Assembly: GCA_045602305.1 (NCBI GenBank)
Contig: JAZSBJ010000039.1
Span: 1-42,237 of the forward strand
Length of the DNA stretch: 42,237 nucleotides
Source of the DNA: Eubacteriales bacterium
Lineage (GTDB): Bacteria; Bacillota; Clostridia; Oscillospirales; CAG-272
Reading direction: 5' to 3'
Below the pieces are notes generated by a model, which was given only the letters and a program-made list of their open reading frames with translations, had not been told where the DNA came from and ran no database searches. Made by a program: the position numbers and the translations under genes. The stretch's first letter is position 1, and each line of letters begins with the position of its first letter. Positions 22,801 to 30,800 of this stretch are shown one piece after another.

Positions 22801-23688
22801 AAGGGTGTTTGCAAGTGCCTCGTCGTGCGCGATGATGGAAGAAACGTTGACGATCTTCTCCATCATACAAACGCGCTCGAAGGGAGCCGCCTCAGGCGTC
22901 CAGAATGCGGGATCCTGAGAATCGAAGAGCACGCCCACGGGGCTATCCTTGGTGCCGATGTGGAAGCGGACGGGAGTACGTCCTGCACGGGCAACCTCGC
23001 CTCTGCCATTGTCGTAGGTAGATGCATTCAGTCCGTATACGACCTGGTTGATGGCGTTCAGCTCGCGAAGGATCGCGTATGCGTTCGCATAGATGCTCGT
23101 GATGTTGGTGCGGTCACCACTCTGTTTGCCCTCGTAGATGTCGGGGCAAGCGAGAAGGGCGCGCGCGTGGATGGTGGTCTTCTCACCGAACTTCTCACGG
23201 ATGAGCTTCTTGACGTAGAGCGTCAGAGGAATAAAGCTACCCGAGCCCGTGCCGCCTGCAAGAGAGGCAACGGTGTAGATGTCGATGTCGATCGAGGGGT
23301 TGGTCTTGTCGGCAAGTCTTTCGATCGCCTGCTCAAGAACGGTTCTCTGTCTTCCGTTCATTGCATTGAGGAAGGCAAGATAGGACTGTTTTCTCCACTG
23401 ACCTGCACCGATCGAGATGTTGTTGCTGTCAAAAATGGAGTCTGCGGGGAAGAAATCGCCCCAAACGGATTCGCCAAGGCGCTCCTTGACCGTTTTTACG
23501 GTCACGTTATCCGAGAGAGAAACGATGGTTGCGGCATCGATGTTCTTTTCGTCAGCCATATTGGTATCGAGCACGATGGAAACGATGTTGACATCGCCCT
23601 GCTTACCCATCTTGTCGATCTTCTTTTGCAGCATATTTGCCGCACGGCTGCCGGTACCACCGACGCCAAGGATGAGGACACTCTTCAT
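19897..23688 (-). CDS. Giant tubulin/FtsZ-superfamily GTPase-like protein, paralog B (1,263 aa)
   Basis: - N-terminus MKSVLILGVGGTGSRA resembles the FtsZ T1 loop GVGGGGxN.
- ASLAGGTGSGS at aa 141-151 contains AGGTGSG, which matches the PROSITE tubulin signature [SAG]-G-G-T-G-[SA]-G.
- About 900 further residues have no motif I recognise.
- Pro/Ala/Glu-rich C-terminal tail ...KKEAPVAPVAPAAPVAEAPASEE.
- AAGGAGA ribosome-binding site. Confidence 0.85.
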   Translation of the reverse strand: MKSVLILGVGGTGSRAANMLQKKIDKMGKQGDVNIVSIVLDTNMADEKNIDAATIVSLSDNVTVKTVKERLGESVWGDFFPADSIFDSNNISIGAGQWRKQSYLAFLNAMNGRQRTVLEQAIERLADKTNPSIDIDIYTVASLAGGTGSGSFIPLTLYVKKLIREKFGEKTTIHARALLACPDIYEGKQSGDRTNITSIYANAYAILRELNAINQVVYGLNASTYDNGRGEVARAGRTPVRFHIGTKDSPVGVLFDSQDPAFWTPEAAPFERVCMMEKIVNVSSIIAHDEALANTLYSLICTKAGGELDSIWSNEEKKRANETGHNCMFAGIGSSEIHYPIDEMLEYFAWRKTQSDAEGAWLVLHTATETQIAEKRQKAKEMRKEYHLTVKDYAKLYTDAQEAEARTPTCNITEMLKNAVKPTVQKGDEFVTLDILGEYWKATKEALKALAPENKKYIDVISDIDVIPAAGLFAGKGEKESKAGQVVEIANEIYDKALNAYYKLAVDEINSQLNVVADAILPMDPKKDPTANRKLSFVENVLAKDGYYIHPVAAMLQLCSFRLLLEAEGAALEGKEWKDVGSYEIGNLPHDFLECADIDTLDLGSRAAKSAYLKGESSRFSTMLDSSFAEGFKAQKTDYSVDSEALKKDGDMLLTTLMKDAGEMIIRKTIETLKSRIDAMIESYRAFFGRFAEQKDRLKDKVKRAEEDKAKGADTSCVYVGASVEQRRRHYELLMEDNMADEREGISIAGAGVFEIAYKMSCAKKGTMEEEDRVDATAVFDTMKKSNLEQIKKSDYCISLCGRNVFEVLAEENRGKEYDAAKAAILTAFEMAKPALQVKSGGMHKTQGVVLAPKKVEDYLQKNTDRFGIAPSAACTDDLVTRFCPESFVRIEDTVPQNTIFICRALMSVNSVDIVKVNEKSGEDGYYKRYLEAVKIGEDQKNDSMFPHLGFNWHKRGYLPFINPDLEAEADKKLFKALLYAIMNGEVSYSAEYSDKAFRYAGEKIVGDGKFVDENNLIGLIAWLRPQEDKIEKWCAEFDRNVEDQLSVLPKTGFAHEIPAAKAKLTTTKYLSMLRRNIFETMLANASAGSSAKTVLQKKLNKSVFEFAYAIKVEEESRGGYDCNDAEKILAVVSDLLWDLCERVVSSSDDLFAEVYMWELDYFVAEMFCDEDIPEATALDTAKMMFNFANRAGCFMEIVPSAEPGKGKWAKRAFDFNAFQAERMDRCVGNVRKSRGLDTPKKEAPVAPVAPAAPVAEAPASEE
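23239..23259 (-). other. Tubulin/FtsZ G-box (T4 loop) signature AGGTGSG in paralog B
   Basis: Codons mapped by hand: gca ggc ggc acg ggc tcg ggt on the minus strand. Confidence 0.85.
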
Positions 23689-23768
23689 TTTTGTTCTCCT
23701 TGTTTCTTTGTTTATTTATTTTTGTTTTTTTAAATAATGAAGACTTTGAAAACTTGAAATCGGGAAAA

Positions 23769-26700
23769 TTATGCGTTTGCCTGTTCCTCATCCGATACGA
23801 TGGGAGCCGCCTTTTGGGGCTCTCCCTCGCTCTTGGCGCGGTTTTTGGCTACGCGATCCAAGGACGAGATTCGCTCGTTAAGAAATTCGGAGAGATTGAA
23901 ATCTCTCTTTTCCCACTTTTGACTGGGATCTCGGCTGGGGACGATCTCCATAAAGCTGCCCGCGCGGTTGGCAAAGTGCAAGAGCGCCTTGACAACGGCG
24001 ATGCGGTCGGCTTCATCCTCAGGCATATCGTCGTCCATATACATCTCCGCAACGAAATAGTCAAGCTCCCACTCGTAAACTTCCTTGAATTGGTCCTTGT
24101 CGCTGCTGATGACACGCTCACACAGCTCCCAAAGGAGATCGCTGACGACCGTGAGGATCTTTTCGCCGTCGTTACAGTCGTAGCCGTAATGACCCTCTTC
24201 CTCGGTCTTGATGCGATATGCAAATTCAAAGATGTTCATATCGAGCTTCTTCTTGATCTTTGCATACTTCTTCTCGTCCTCGGGGCGCAGAGCTTCCTTG
24301 CCCGTCGTCTTGAAGAGGTTTTCAAAGATGTTTCTGCGAAGCATCTTAAGATACTTGGTCTGCGTCAGAGCCGTCTTTGCTCTGCCGATCTGATGCACGA
24401 ATCCTGCGGACGGAAGCGATGCAAGCTGCTCCTCAACGTCGCGGTCGAACGCTTCGCTCCACTGCTCGATCTTATCGTCCTGCGGACGGAGCCAAGCGAT
24501 GAGTCCGACGAGGTTGTTGTCGTCCACGAACTTACCGTCGCCCACGATCTTCTCGCCGTCGTAACGGAAGGCAAGGTCGCCGTATTCCTTCTTGAAGGAA
24601 AGCTCGCCGTTCAAGAGAGCGTAAAGCAGTGCCTTGATCATCTTCTTGTCGGCGGCAATCTCAAGCTCGGAATTGATGTAGGGAAGGTATCCGCGCTTAT
24701 GCCAGTTGAAGCCAAGGTGCGGCAGCTTGCTGTCGTCGGTGTAGCCCGAGCCGTCACCGCACTTGGAGTAGTCGGAACCTGCCATACGAACGGTATCAAG
24801 ATAATACTTGTAATAGCCGTCCTCAAGGTTGCTTTCGTTGACCTTGATGATGTCGATGGAGTCAACGCTCATCAAAGCGCGGCAGACGTAAATGGTGTTT
24901 CCGGGAATGCCCGCTTCCAAGCGCACGAGGGCGTTTTGGCACCATTTGCCGATGAGGTCGTCTGCACAAGCACGCGCGTCGCCGCCACCGATGGAAATAT
25001 CAAAGGTGGAGCTGTTGGCTTCGAGATACTCCTCGAGCTTTTCGGGAACGAGAACGACTGCCTGTTCCTTCTGCATACCCGTTTCCTTAACGCGTAGCGC
25101 AGGCTTTGCCATTTCGTATGCGATGGAGATGATCTTGCGACCGACCTCGCTCTCCGCACCCGTGTTTTCGTCCGCGATCACCTCAAGGACGTTCTTTGCG
25201 GCGATCTCTTGATAATAATCGGAGCGCTTGATGGCTGCCTTGTTGGCGTCGTACATTGCGGAGAAGACACCCGTTGCGTCGATCTTGATGTCGTCCTCTG
25301 CCTTAAAGCGCTTGGCGCACGCCATACCGTAGGTGATGGTAAAGACGCCCTGCCCTGCAATGCCGTTGTCTGCGGCACCCGACATCATATCGCCAACGAG
25401 GCGCTCATAATGCTTTCTGCGGCTCTCAACCGAGGCGCCGACGTAAATGCAAGAGGTTTCCGAGGAGCGCGAGCGCTCAAGCTCTGCTCTCTTGACGCGG
25501 TCTGCAAGACGCGTCTTTTGCTCGGTGAAGCGACGGAAGAAGGAGCGATAGGACTCGATGAGCGCATTTGCGCGGTCCGCGACTGCCGTAAGCACGCGGC
25601 GCAGAAGAAGCATCGTCGCCTGATTCTTGAGCGAGGTCAAAAGCAGGTCGCCGTCCTTGATGATCGCCTTATTGTCCGTTTCGTAATCCGTTCTTTCCTT
25701 GGCGTACGCAACTCTGCCCGCTTCGGTGAGAAGCTCGACGAAGCGTGCCTTTTCCTTTTTGAGGTAGGCGCTTCTCGATGCTCTTGCACCAAGGTCGAGC
25801 ACGCTCGTATCGTCGGTGCAGTCGAGAATTTGGAAGGGCAAGGAGCCGATCTCAAAGGAAGAAAGGTCGGGCCACTCGATGCTGTCCATTCTTCCCAGCT
25901 CGTCCTCGATCGCCAAGCGGAGCTTACAAAGCTGCATCATTGCCGCGACGGGGTGGATGTGCACGCCGCCACGCAGAAGCACGTTGTTCACAAAGGAAAG
26001 CGAAAGGTTTGCCGTGGGATCCTTTTTAAGATCGAGGGGCAAGACCGCGTCGGCGCAAACGCCCGACTGACTGCGGATCGCCTCAACCGCTTTTCTGTAA
26101 TAATCGTTTAAGTAATCGTAAACCTCTTCCGCATTGTTGCAGACCTGCTGTGCGGCGGTTTCCTTGGCACCCTTTGAGGAGAAGAGGACGGGGTTCTTTA
26201 CGGGATTGATGTCCGACGCGATCTGTGCGGCGATGTCGCTGTGATCGGGCACGAGCGCTTCCAGCGCCAGCTTTAAGCGCTTAAAGTATTCGTCAAAGAC
26301 GAATTTTTGCTCTTCCTTGCCGTCGCGGCGCTCGTAATACCTCGTCGCGGCGCGGATGATCTCGGTGATGTTGCCCGTTTCGGTGCGCTCTTCGGCGCGC
26401 TGCGCCTCGAGGAAGAGCTTGGCGTACTCCTCGGTGGTGAGGTGGTATTCCTTACGCATCTCCTTGGCGAGCTTGCGCTTTTCGGTGATCTGCGACTCGG
26501 TGGCGTTGTAAAGGGAAAGCCATTCGCCCTCTACGTCGTCACGCGTTTTGCGCCACGCGAAATATTCAAGAAGCGTATCAATCGGATATTGGATCTCAGA
26601 AGAGCCTATGCCGGCGTACATACAATTATGTCCCGTTTCGCCTGCACGCTTCTTTTCCTCGTTGGACCAAATGCCGTCAAGCTCTCCGCCGGCTCTCGTG

Positions 26701-27599
26701 CAGATAAGCGAATAAAGAATGTTCGCCATCGCCTCGTCGTGTGCGGCGACCGAGGAAACGTTGATAATCTTCTCCATCAAGCACACACGCTCAAAGGGTG
26801 CGGCGGTGGGAGAATGATATTTTTTGTTTTTGGAATCGAACAGAACGCCGACAGGGCTCTCCTCACTTCCAAGACGGAAGTTGACGGGGGTTCTTCCGCG
26901 GCGTGCGCTTTCGCCCTTACCGCTGTCGTACTCCTCGCCGTTGAGTCCGTATACGACCTGGTTGATACCGTTCAGCTCACGCAGAATGGCATATGCATTT
27001 GCGTAAATGCTCGTGATATTCATACGGTCGCCGTTCTGCTTTGCCTCGTAAATATCGGGGCACGCAAGCATTGCTCTTGCTCTGACAGTCGCATTGGGGA
27101 ACATCTGACGCAGTCTTTTCTTGACGTACAGCGTCAGGGGAATAAAGCTACCCGAGCCCGTGCCACCCGCAAGGGAAGCAACGGTGTAAATGTCGATCGA
27201 GAAGGTCGCCTGCGTTTGGTCAACGAGCTTCTGCAAGGCGCTGTCGAGGTCGTTGCGGCGAATGGTGTCGTTCATCGCGTTGAGAAATGCGAGATACGAC
27301 TGCTTGCGCCACTGCCCTGCACCGATGGAAAGATTGTTCTCGTCGTACTTATGGTCCTTCGGGAACCACTCGTTGCATTGCGCACCGAGGCGATTGCGGA
27401 CCATACCTACCGTTGCATTCTCCGAAAGAGAGATGACGGATGCCGAGTCGATATTCTTTTCATCCGCGGCGTTGGTATCAAAGACGACGGAAACGATCTT
27501 GACGTCTTCCGTCTGCCCTGCGCGGGTGATCTTCTTTTGCAAGAGGTTAACTGCTCGGCTGCCGGTTCCGCCGACGCCGAGAATAAGAACGCTCTTCAT
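23769..27599 (-). CDS. Giant tubulin/FtsZ-superfamily GTPase-like protein, paralog A (1,276 aa)
   Basis: Same N-terminal GVGGTGSR and ASLAGGTGSGSFIPLTLYVKK blocks as paralog B. It is collinear with B over the full length, roughly two-thirds identical by eye in the first ~400 aa, with many synonymous differences at the DNA level. Acidic tail ...KAAPIVSDEEQANA. AAGGAGA ribosome-binding site. Confidence 0.85.
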   Translation of the reverse strand: MKSVLILGVGGTGSRAVNLLQKKITRAGQTEDVKIVSVVFDTNAADEKNIDSASVISLSENATVGMVRNRLGAQCNEWFPKDHKYDENNLSIGAGQWRKQSYLAFLNAMNDTIRRNDLDSALQKLVDQTQATFSIDIYTVASLAGGTGSGSFIPLTLYVKKRLRQMFPNATVRARAMLACPDIYEAKQNGDRMNITSIYANAYAILRELNGINQVVYGLNGEEYDSGKGESARRGRTPVNFRLGSEESPVGVLFDSKNKKYHSPTAAPFERVCLMEKIINVSSVAAHDEAMANILYSLICTRAGGELDGIWSNEEKKRAGETGHNCMYAGIGSSEIQYPIDTLLEYFAWRKTRDDVEGEWLSLYNATESQITEKRKLAKEMRKEYHLTTEEYAKLFLEAQRAEERTETGNITEIIRAATRYYERRDGKEEQKFVFDEYFKRLKLALEALVPDHSDIAAQIASDINPVKNPVLFSSKGAKETAAQQVCNNAEEVYDYLNDYYRKAVEAIRSQSGVCADAVLPLDLKKDPTANLSLSFVNNVLLRGGVHIHPVAAMMQLCKLRLAIEDELGRMDSIEWPDLSSFEIGSLPFQILDCTDDTSVLDLGARASRSAYLKKEKARFVELLTEAGRVAYAKERTDYETDNKAIIKDGDLLLTSLKNQATMLLLRRVLTAVADRANALIESYRSFFRRFTEQKTRLADRVKRAELERSRSSETSCIYVGASVESRRKHYERLVGDMMSGAADNGIAGQGVFTITYGMACAKRFKAEDDIKIDATGVFSAMYDANKAAIKRSDYYQEIAAKNVLEVIADENTGAESEVGRKIISIAYEMAKPALRVKETGMQKEQAVVLVPEKLEEYLEANSSTFDISIGGGDARACADDLIGKWCQNALVRLEAGIPGNTIYVCRALMSVDSIDIIKVNESNLEDGYYKYYLDTVRMAGSDYSKCGDGSGYTDDSKLPHLGFNWHKRGYLPYINSELEIAADKKMIKALLYALLNGELSFKKEYGDLAFRYDGEKIVGDGKFVDDNNLVGLIAWLRPQDDKIEQWSEAFDRDVEEQLASLPSAGFVHQIGRAKTALTQTKYLKMLRRNIFENLFKTTGKEALRPEDEKKYAKIKKKLDMNIFEFAYRIKTEEEGHYGYDCNDGEKILTVVSDLLWELCERVISSDKDQFKEVYEWELDYFVAEMYMDDDMPEDEADRIAVVKALLHFANRAGSFMEIVPSRDPSQKWEKRDFNLSEFLNERISSLDRVAKNRAKSEGEPQKAAPIVSDEEQANA
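27150..27170 (-). other. Tubulin/FtsZ G-box signature AGGTGSG in paralog A
   Basis: Codons mapped by hand: gcg ggt ggc acg ggc tcg ggt on the minus strand. Confidence 0.85.
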
Positions 27600-27669
27600 T
27601 GTTTTTCTCCTTACCTAAGGTTTGGGGTGTATACCCCCTCAAGCGGTACGCCGAGGGGATGTGCCCCGA

Positions 27670-30600
27670 TTATTTGTACTTTCCGACCGCACGCGCGGAA
27701 ACGAAAAGATAAAATTTGGTTTTGAGGACCAAGCCTCTCGTGCCCGTCAAGGGCTGATCGATGCTTGCCTTTGCCGTTTTGGGCGTGATCTTGACCTTCA
27801 CGCTCGAAAGGGCGGTTTTGTTGAATGTGAAGCTCGCACCGGGCTTCAGCGACGCCCAGCCCTTGTTCTTCAGGGTGGACGAAACAATGGCACCGCTGGG
27901 CTTTAATTCACCCTCAAGGCACTTGATGCCCGCCGCGGTACAAACGCCCGCGTTTTGGTGGTACTTCAGCGTTCCCTCGGACGTCGTGATGTCCTTGGAC
28001 CAGAAGCAAAGACCGACGAAGGGTAAAAACCGCTTTAGGATGAGATAGTCGAAAAGCCCTAAGCGCTTGACGACGATGACCTTGCCCTTAAGCTCGGTTT
28101 CGTCCACCGTGTAATCCAGAATGGGAACACGGACGAACACACCCTTGGGAATGCGCTTGACCTTGCCAAAGGTGAGGGCAAGCACGATGAGCTGAATGAT
28201 GTAAAGGATCAAGAGGATGCGCCAGATGTAGGACACGATGCTCGCCTTTGCAAGAGAAATGGTGCCGACGGCGTTTACACTGCCGTAATGGACGTCCATA
28301 TCCAAGGCGTCACCGAACACGAGCATCGAGGTCACAAGTCCGCGGAGCAGGAAGAACTGCCCGCCCGTCGGAAGAACGGTGAGGACGGGAACGCCGCCAA
28401 CGCTTTCGACCGTTAAGGTCGCGCGCACGGGCGAGAGGAAGGTCTTGTAGGCGCTGTGATCGAGGTAAAGCGTGCCGTCCTCAAGTGCTGCGGTAAGCTC
28501 TTCCTCGGAGAGAGGAATGCCGTCGCGCAAAACCTTAAAGGAGATGGTGCTTTGATTTTTCTTGAGGGCGAAGCGGTCCACGCTGCCCGTGGGGGCGAGG
28601 GGTACCACCTCAAAAACGGTATCCGTGAGCTTGATCGCTTTTTCGAGCTTGCATTCCACGGTTTCTACCGTTGCGCCGCGGAAGGTCGCCGTCAAGAGCA
28701 CGTCGTGCTCGCCCGTCTTTTTCGCAAGCTCGCCAAGCGACGCTGCCGTGGGAGCGTAGGTGAGGACGTTGCCATCGCACACGGCGTGCTTCGTCACGTC
28801 TACACCGCCGACCGTGAGGCGGTAGGTGAGAAGCGCGTTATCAAAGGGGATCTTGGTTTCCTGCGCCGTCAGCTCGAAGCGGAAGGCGTCTTGGTTGTCA
28901 AGGATCTCGTGAAGCGTGCAGGAAAGATTGCCTGCACCCGTGTTCGTAAGGACGAGTCCCGAGGGGTAGTAGCCGATGGGCACGTCAACCGTTCTCGGGT
29001 TCCCTTCCGCGTCCTTAACCGAAGCGGTGACGGTATAGGTGCCGTATTCCTTACCCGAAAGGTCTAAGGTAACGGTGAAGGTACCGTTCGCGTTTTTGTC
29101 CATACGGAAGTTTTGGAATTCACTTCCGTCCTCGGTCGTCACCGCCACCGTGGGGCGGAAGGTTTCGAGGACAGAAAGCGCGGTGATTTTCTGGTTGTCG
29201 CTAAAGACGGAGAAGGTGGTCTTATAGGTCGTCGTGTTTTGGATGTCTACGTCCCCGTGCTCAATGCGGAAGAAGGACGGGTTTTCCAAAACGACGCAGG
29301 GGAAGGCTGCATAGAGTGTGTACTGCCCGTCGAGCATACTGACCGAGATGCCGATCTCCTTTTTTCCCTCGGCAAGCGTGACAGGTTCGCCGGGCTCGTA
29401 GCTCTTGGTGTCGTAGGTCACGCGCGCAGATGTGGTACCGCCAATGGCAGAAGGATCGATGACCTTGCCCGTATCCTGCTCCACGATCTTGTAGGAGAGA
29501 TACACGGTATCGCCCTTTTTCATATGGCTGTTGATGTATGCGGCGTCGACCGCCTTGCGTCCTCCGCCGTCGTTCACCTCAATGAGGGGCTCAAGCGTCA
29601 GCGCTGGCTCAAGCAGCACCGAGATCACGGCGTTGGCGCCGGGGGCTTCGTCCAGTGTGAGAACGATCTCGCCGCCCGAGAAGGTGCCGCTGGTACCGCG
29701 GCTGAGGACGGTGGTGAAGCCGCCCTTCATCTCGTTGACGGGGGAATCAAACGCCGCCTCTTGGCTCACCGAAACGGCGGCGCCGTTGTAGGTGGGAAGA
29801 ATGCTTTCATCGGGGCGTGCGTTGGTGTTGGTCGCCATTACCGTGACGGTACGCAGGCTGAAGCCGACGTCCGAAAGGGGAATTCGGATCGTCTTGCTGT
29901 TTGCGTCTGCGTGGATCGCAAGCGGGTATCTGCCCGTGATGCGGTTGGCAACGCTTTCCATAACGCCGCCGATCTCCGAGGTGTTGGCTGCCTTGTAGGC
30001 GGTGAAGTTCGCCTTATCTTGGAGCGACGAAGCATCCCTTAAGTCAAGCGCGTTGACGTCAAAGCCGATGTAGATGCTTTGGAAAAAGGCGTACTTGGAG
30101 AGATCCTCCTCAAAGAGTGCGGCTGTTTTGTTCACGTCGCCGCCGATTCCCGTGAAGGCACCGTCGGTGAGGACGACGAGGAAGTATTCGTTTTCGCTTT
30201 GCTCGTCCGCAGCCACCTCGGTGGTCAGCTTCATTCCGTAGCGGTTGACGAGCTGATCGACCGCGACCTCAATGCCCTTGGGGGGCGTCTGTCCCGTGGG
30301 GTTTTGTGCAAAGAAGCTCGTGTTGATGACACGGCGAATCTCCGCTTCCCTATCCTCAGCGCTGAGGTTGACCTCAATGACGCTCGAATCGGTGTAGTCC
30401 TTCACATTATCGGTCGAGCCGGATTTGTTCATCGGTGTGATGATCAGCTTATCGTTTTTGCCAAGCGTTGTCATCAGCGTTTGGAGCGCGTACTTGGCGT
30501 ACTCCCAGCGATAGACCGTGCCGCCGTCGTTTTTCATCGAGCCCGAGTTGTCGAAAAGGACCGAAACGATCTTGTTCTTCGTGTAGCTCGCTTGCTCTTC

Positions 30601-30687
30601 CTTGGCGGTGACGGAGCCTGCAGGCAGAAGCGGCAAAAGCAAAACCGCCGCAAGCAGAACCGACAAAAGCCTGATCTTGAGTTTCAT
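27670..30687 (-). CDS. Secreted, single-pass membrane-anchored von Willebrand factor A (vWA) domain protein (1,005 aa)
   Basis: - Signal peptide MKLKIRLLSVLLAAVLLLPLLPAGSVTA.
- MIDAS motif in VSVLFDNSGSM (DxSxS, nt 30538-30552), with the later LVVLTDG strand typical of vWA.
- About 600 aa of T/V/G-rich, beta-type sequence.
- One TM helix IVSYIWRILLILYIIQLIVLALTF (nt 28168-28239).
- A 165-aa basic C-terminal tail (nt 27673-28167). Confidence 0.88.
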   Translation of the reverse strand: MKLKIRLLSVLLAAVLLLPLLPAGSVTAKEEQASYTKNKIVSVLFDNSGSMKNDGGTVYRWEYAKYALQTLMTTLGKNDKLIITPMNKSGSTDNVKDYTDSSVIEVNLSAEDREAEIRRVINTSFFAQNPTGQTPPKGIEVAVDQLVNRYGMKLTTEVAADEQSENEYFLVVLTDGAFTGIGGDVNKTAALFEEDLSKYAFFQSIYIGFDVNALDLRDASSLQDKANFTAYKAANTSEIGGVMESVANRITGRYPLAIHADANSKTIRIPLSDVGFSLRTVTVMATNTNARPDESILPTYNGAAVSVSQEAAFDSPVNEMKGGFTTVLSRGTSGTFSGGEIVLTLDEAPGANAVISVLLEPALTLEPLIEVNDGGGRKAVDAAYINSHMKKGDTVYLSYKIVEQDTGKVIDPSAIGGTTSARVTYDTKSYEPGEPVTLAEGKKEIGISVSMLDGQYTLYAAFPCVVLENPSFFRIEHGDVDIQNTTTYKTTFSVFSDNQKITALSVLETFRPTVAVTTEDGSEFQNFRMDKNANGTFTVTLDLSGKEYGTYTVTASVKDAEGNPRTVDVPIGYYPSGLVLTNTGAGNLSCTLHEILDNQDAFRFELTAQETKIPFDNALLTYRLTVGGVDVTKHAVCDGNVLTYAPTAASLGELAKKTGEHDVLLTATFRGATVETVECKLEKAIKLTDTVFEVVPLAPTGSVDRFALKKNQSTISFKVLRDGIPLSEEELTAALEDGTLYLDHSAYKTFLSPVRATLTVESVGGVPVLTVLPTGGQFFLLRGLVTSMLVFGDALDMDVHYGSVNAVGTISLAKASIVSYIWRILLILYIIQLIVLALTFGKVKRIPKGVFVRVPILDYTVDETELKGKVIVVKRLGLFDYLILKRFLPFVGLCFWSKDITTSEGTLKYHQNAGVCTAAGIKCLEGELKPSGAIVSSTLKNKGWASLKPGASFTFNKTALSSVKVKITPKTAKASIDQPLTGTRGLVLKTKFYLFVSARAVGKYK

Positions 30688-30735
30688 AAAGTCTTCCTTC
30701 CCAATCTTGTTGATTTCAAAGTGAAATGCGCTCGC

Positions 30736-30753
30736 GCGCGTAGCGCTACGCGC
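30736..30753. promoter_or_regulatory. Perfect 18-bp GC-rich palindrome GCGCGTAGCGCTACGCGC in the AT-rich leader of the vWA/tubulin-like operon
   Basis: Its reverse complement is identical to itself. It lies 49 nt upstream of the vWA start codon and downstream of the candidate -10. Confidence 0.6.
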
Positions 30754-30800
30754 CTATATATTTAATAATATCACCGTATAGGGATACAATCCTAACCTAT

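Noticed and set aside
19897-27599. The idea that the tubulin-like genes are TubZ/PhuZ-type plasmid or phage segregation GTPases.
   Set aside because: - The proteins are about 3-4 times larger than TubZ or PhuZ.
- There is no TubR-like small DNA-binding gene and no iterated centromere repeats.
- No phage or plasmid genes are present.
- The flanks are chromosomal housekeeping genes (met, DNA repair).
- Composition matches the host.
20029-27725. Plus-strand ORFs 20029-23733 (1,234 aa), 23691-25097, 25209-26111 and 26307-27725, opposite the two tubulin-like genes.
   Set aside because: They have the same codon-phase mirror effect, being in register with 19897 and 23769. They carry no motifs. The sense strand carries the tubulin signature, ribosome-binding sites and paralogous conservation.
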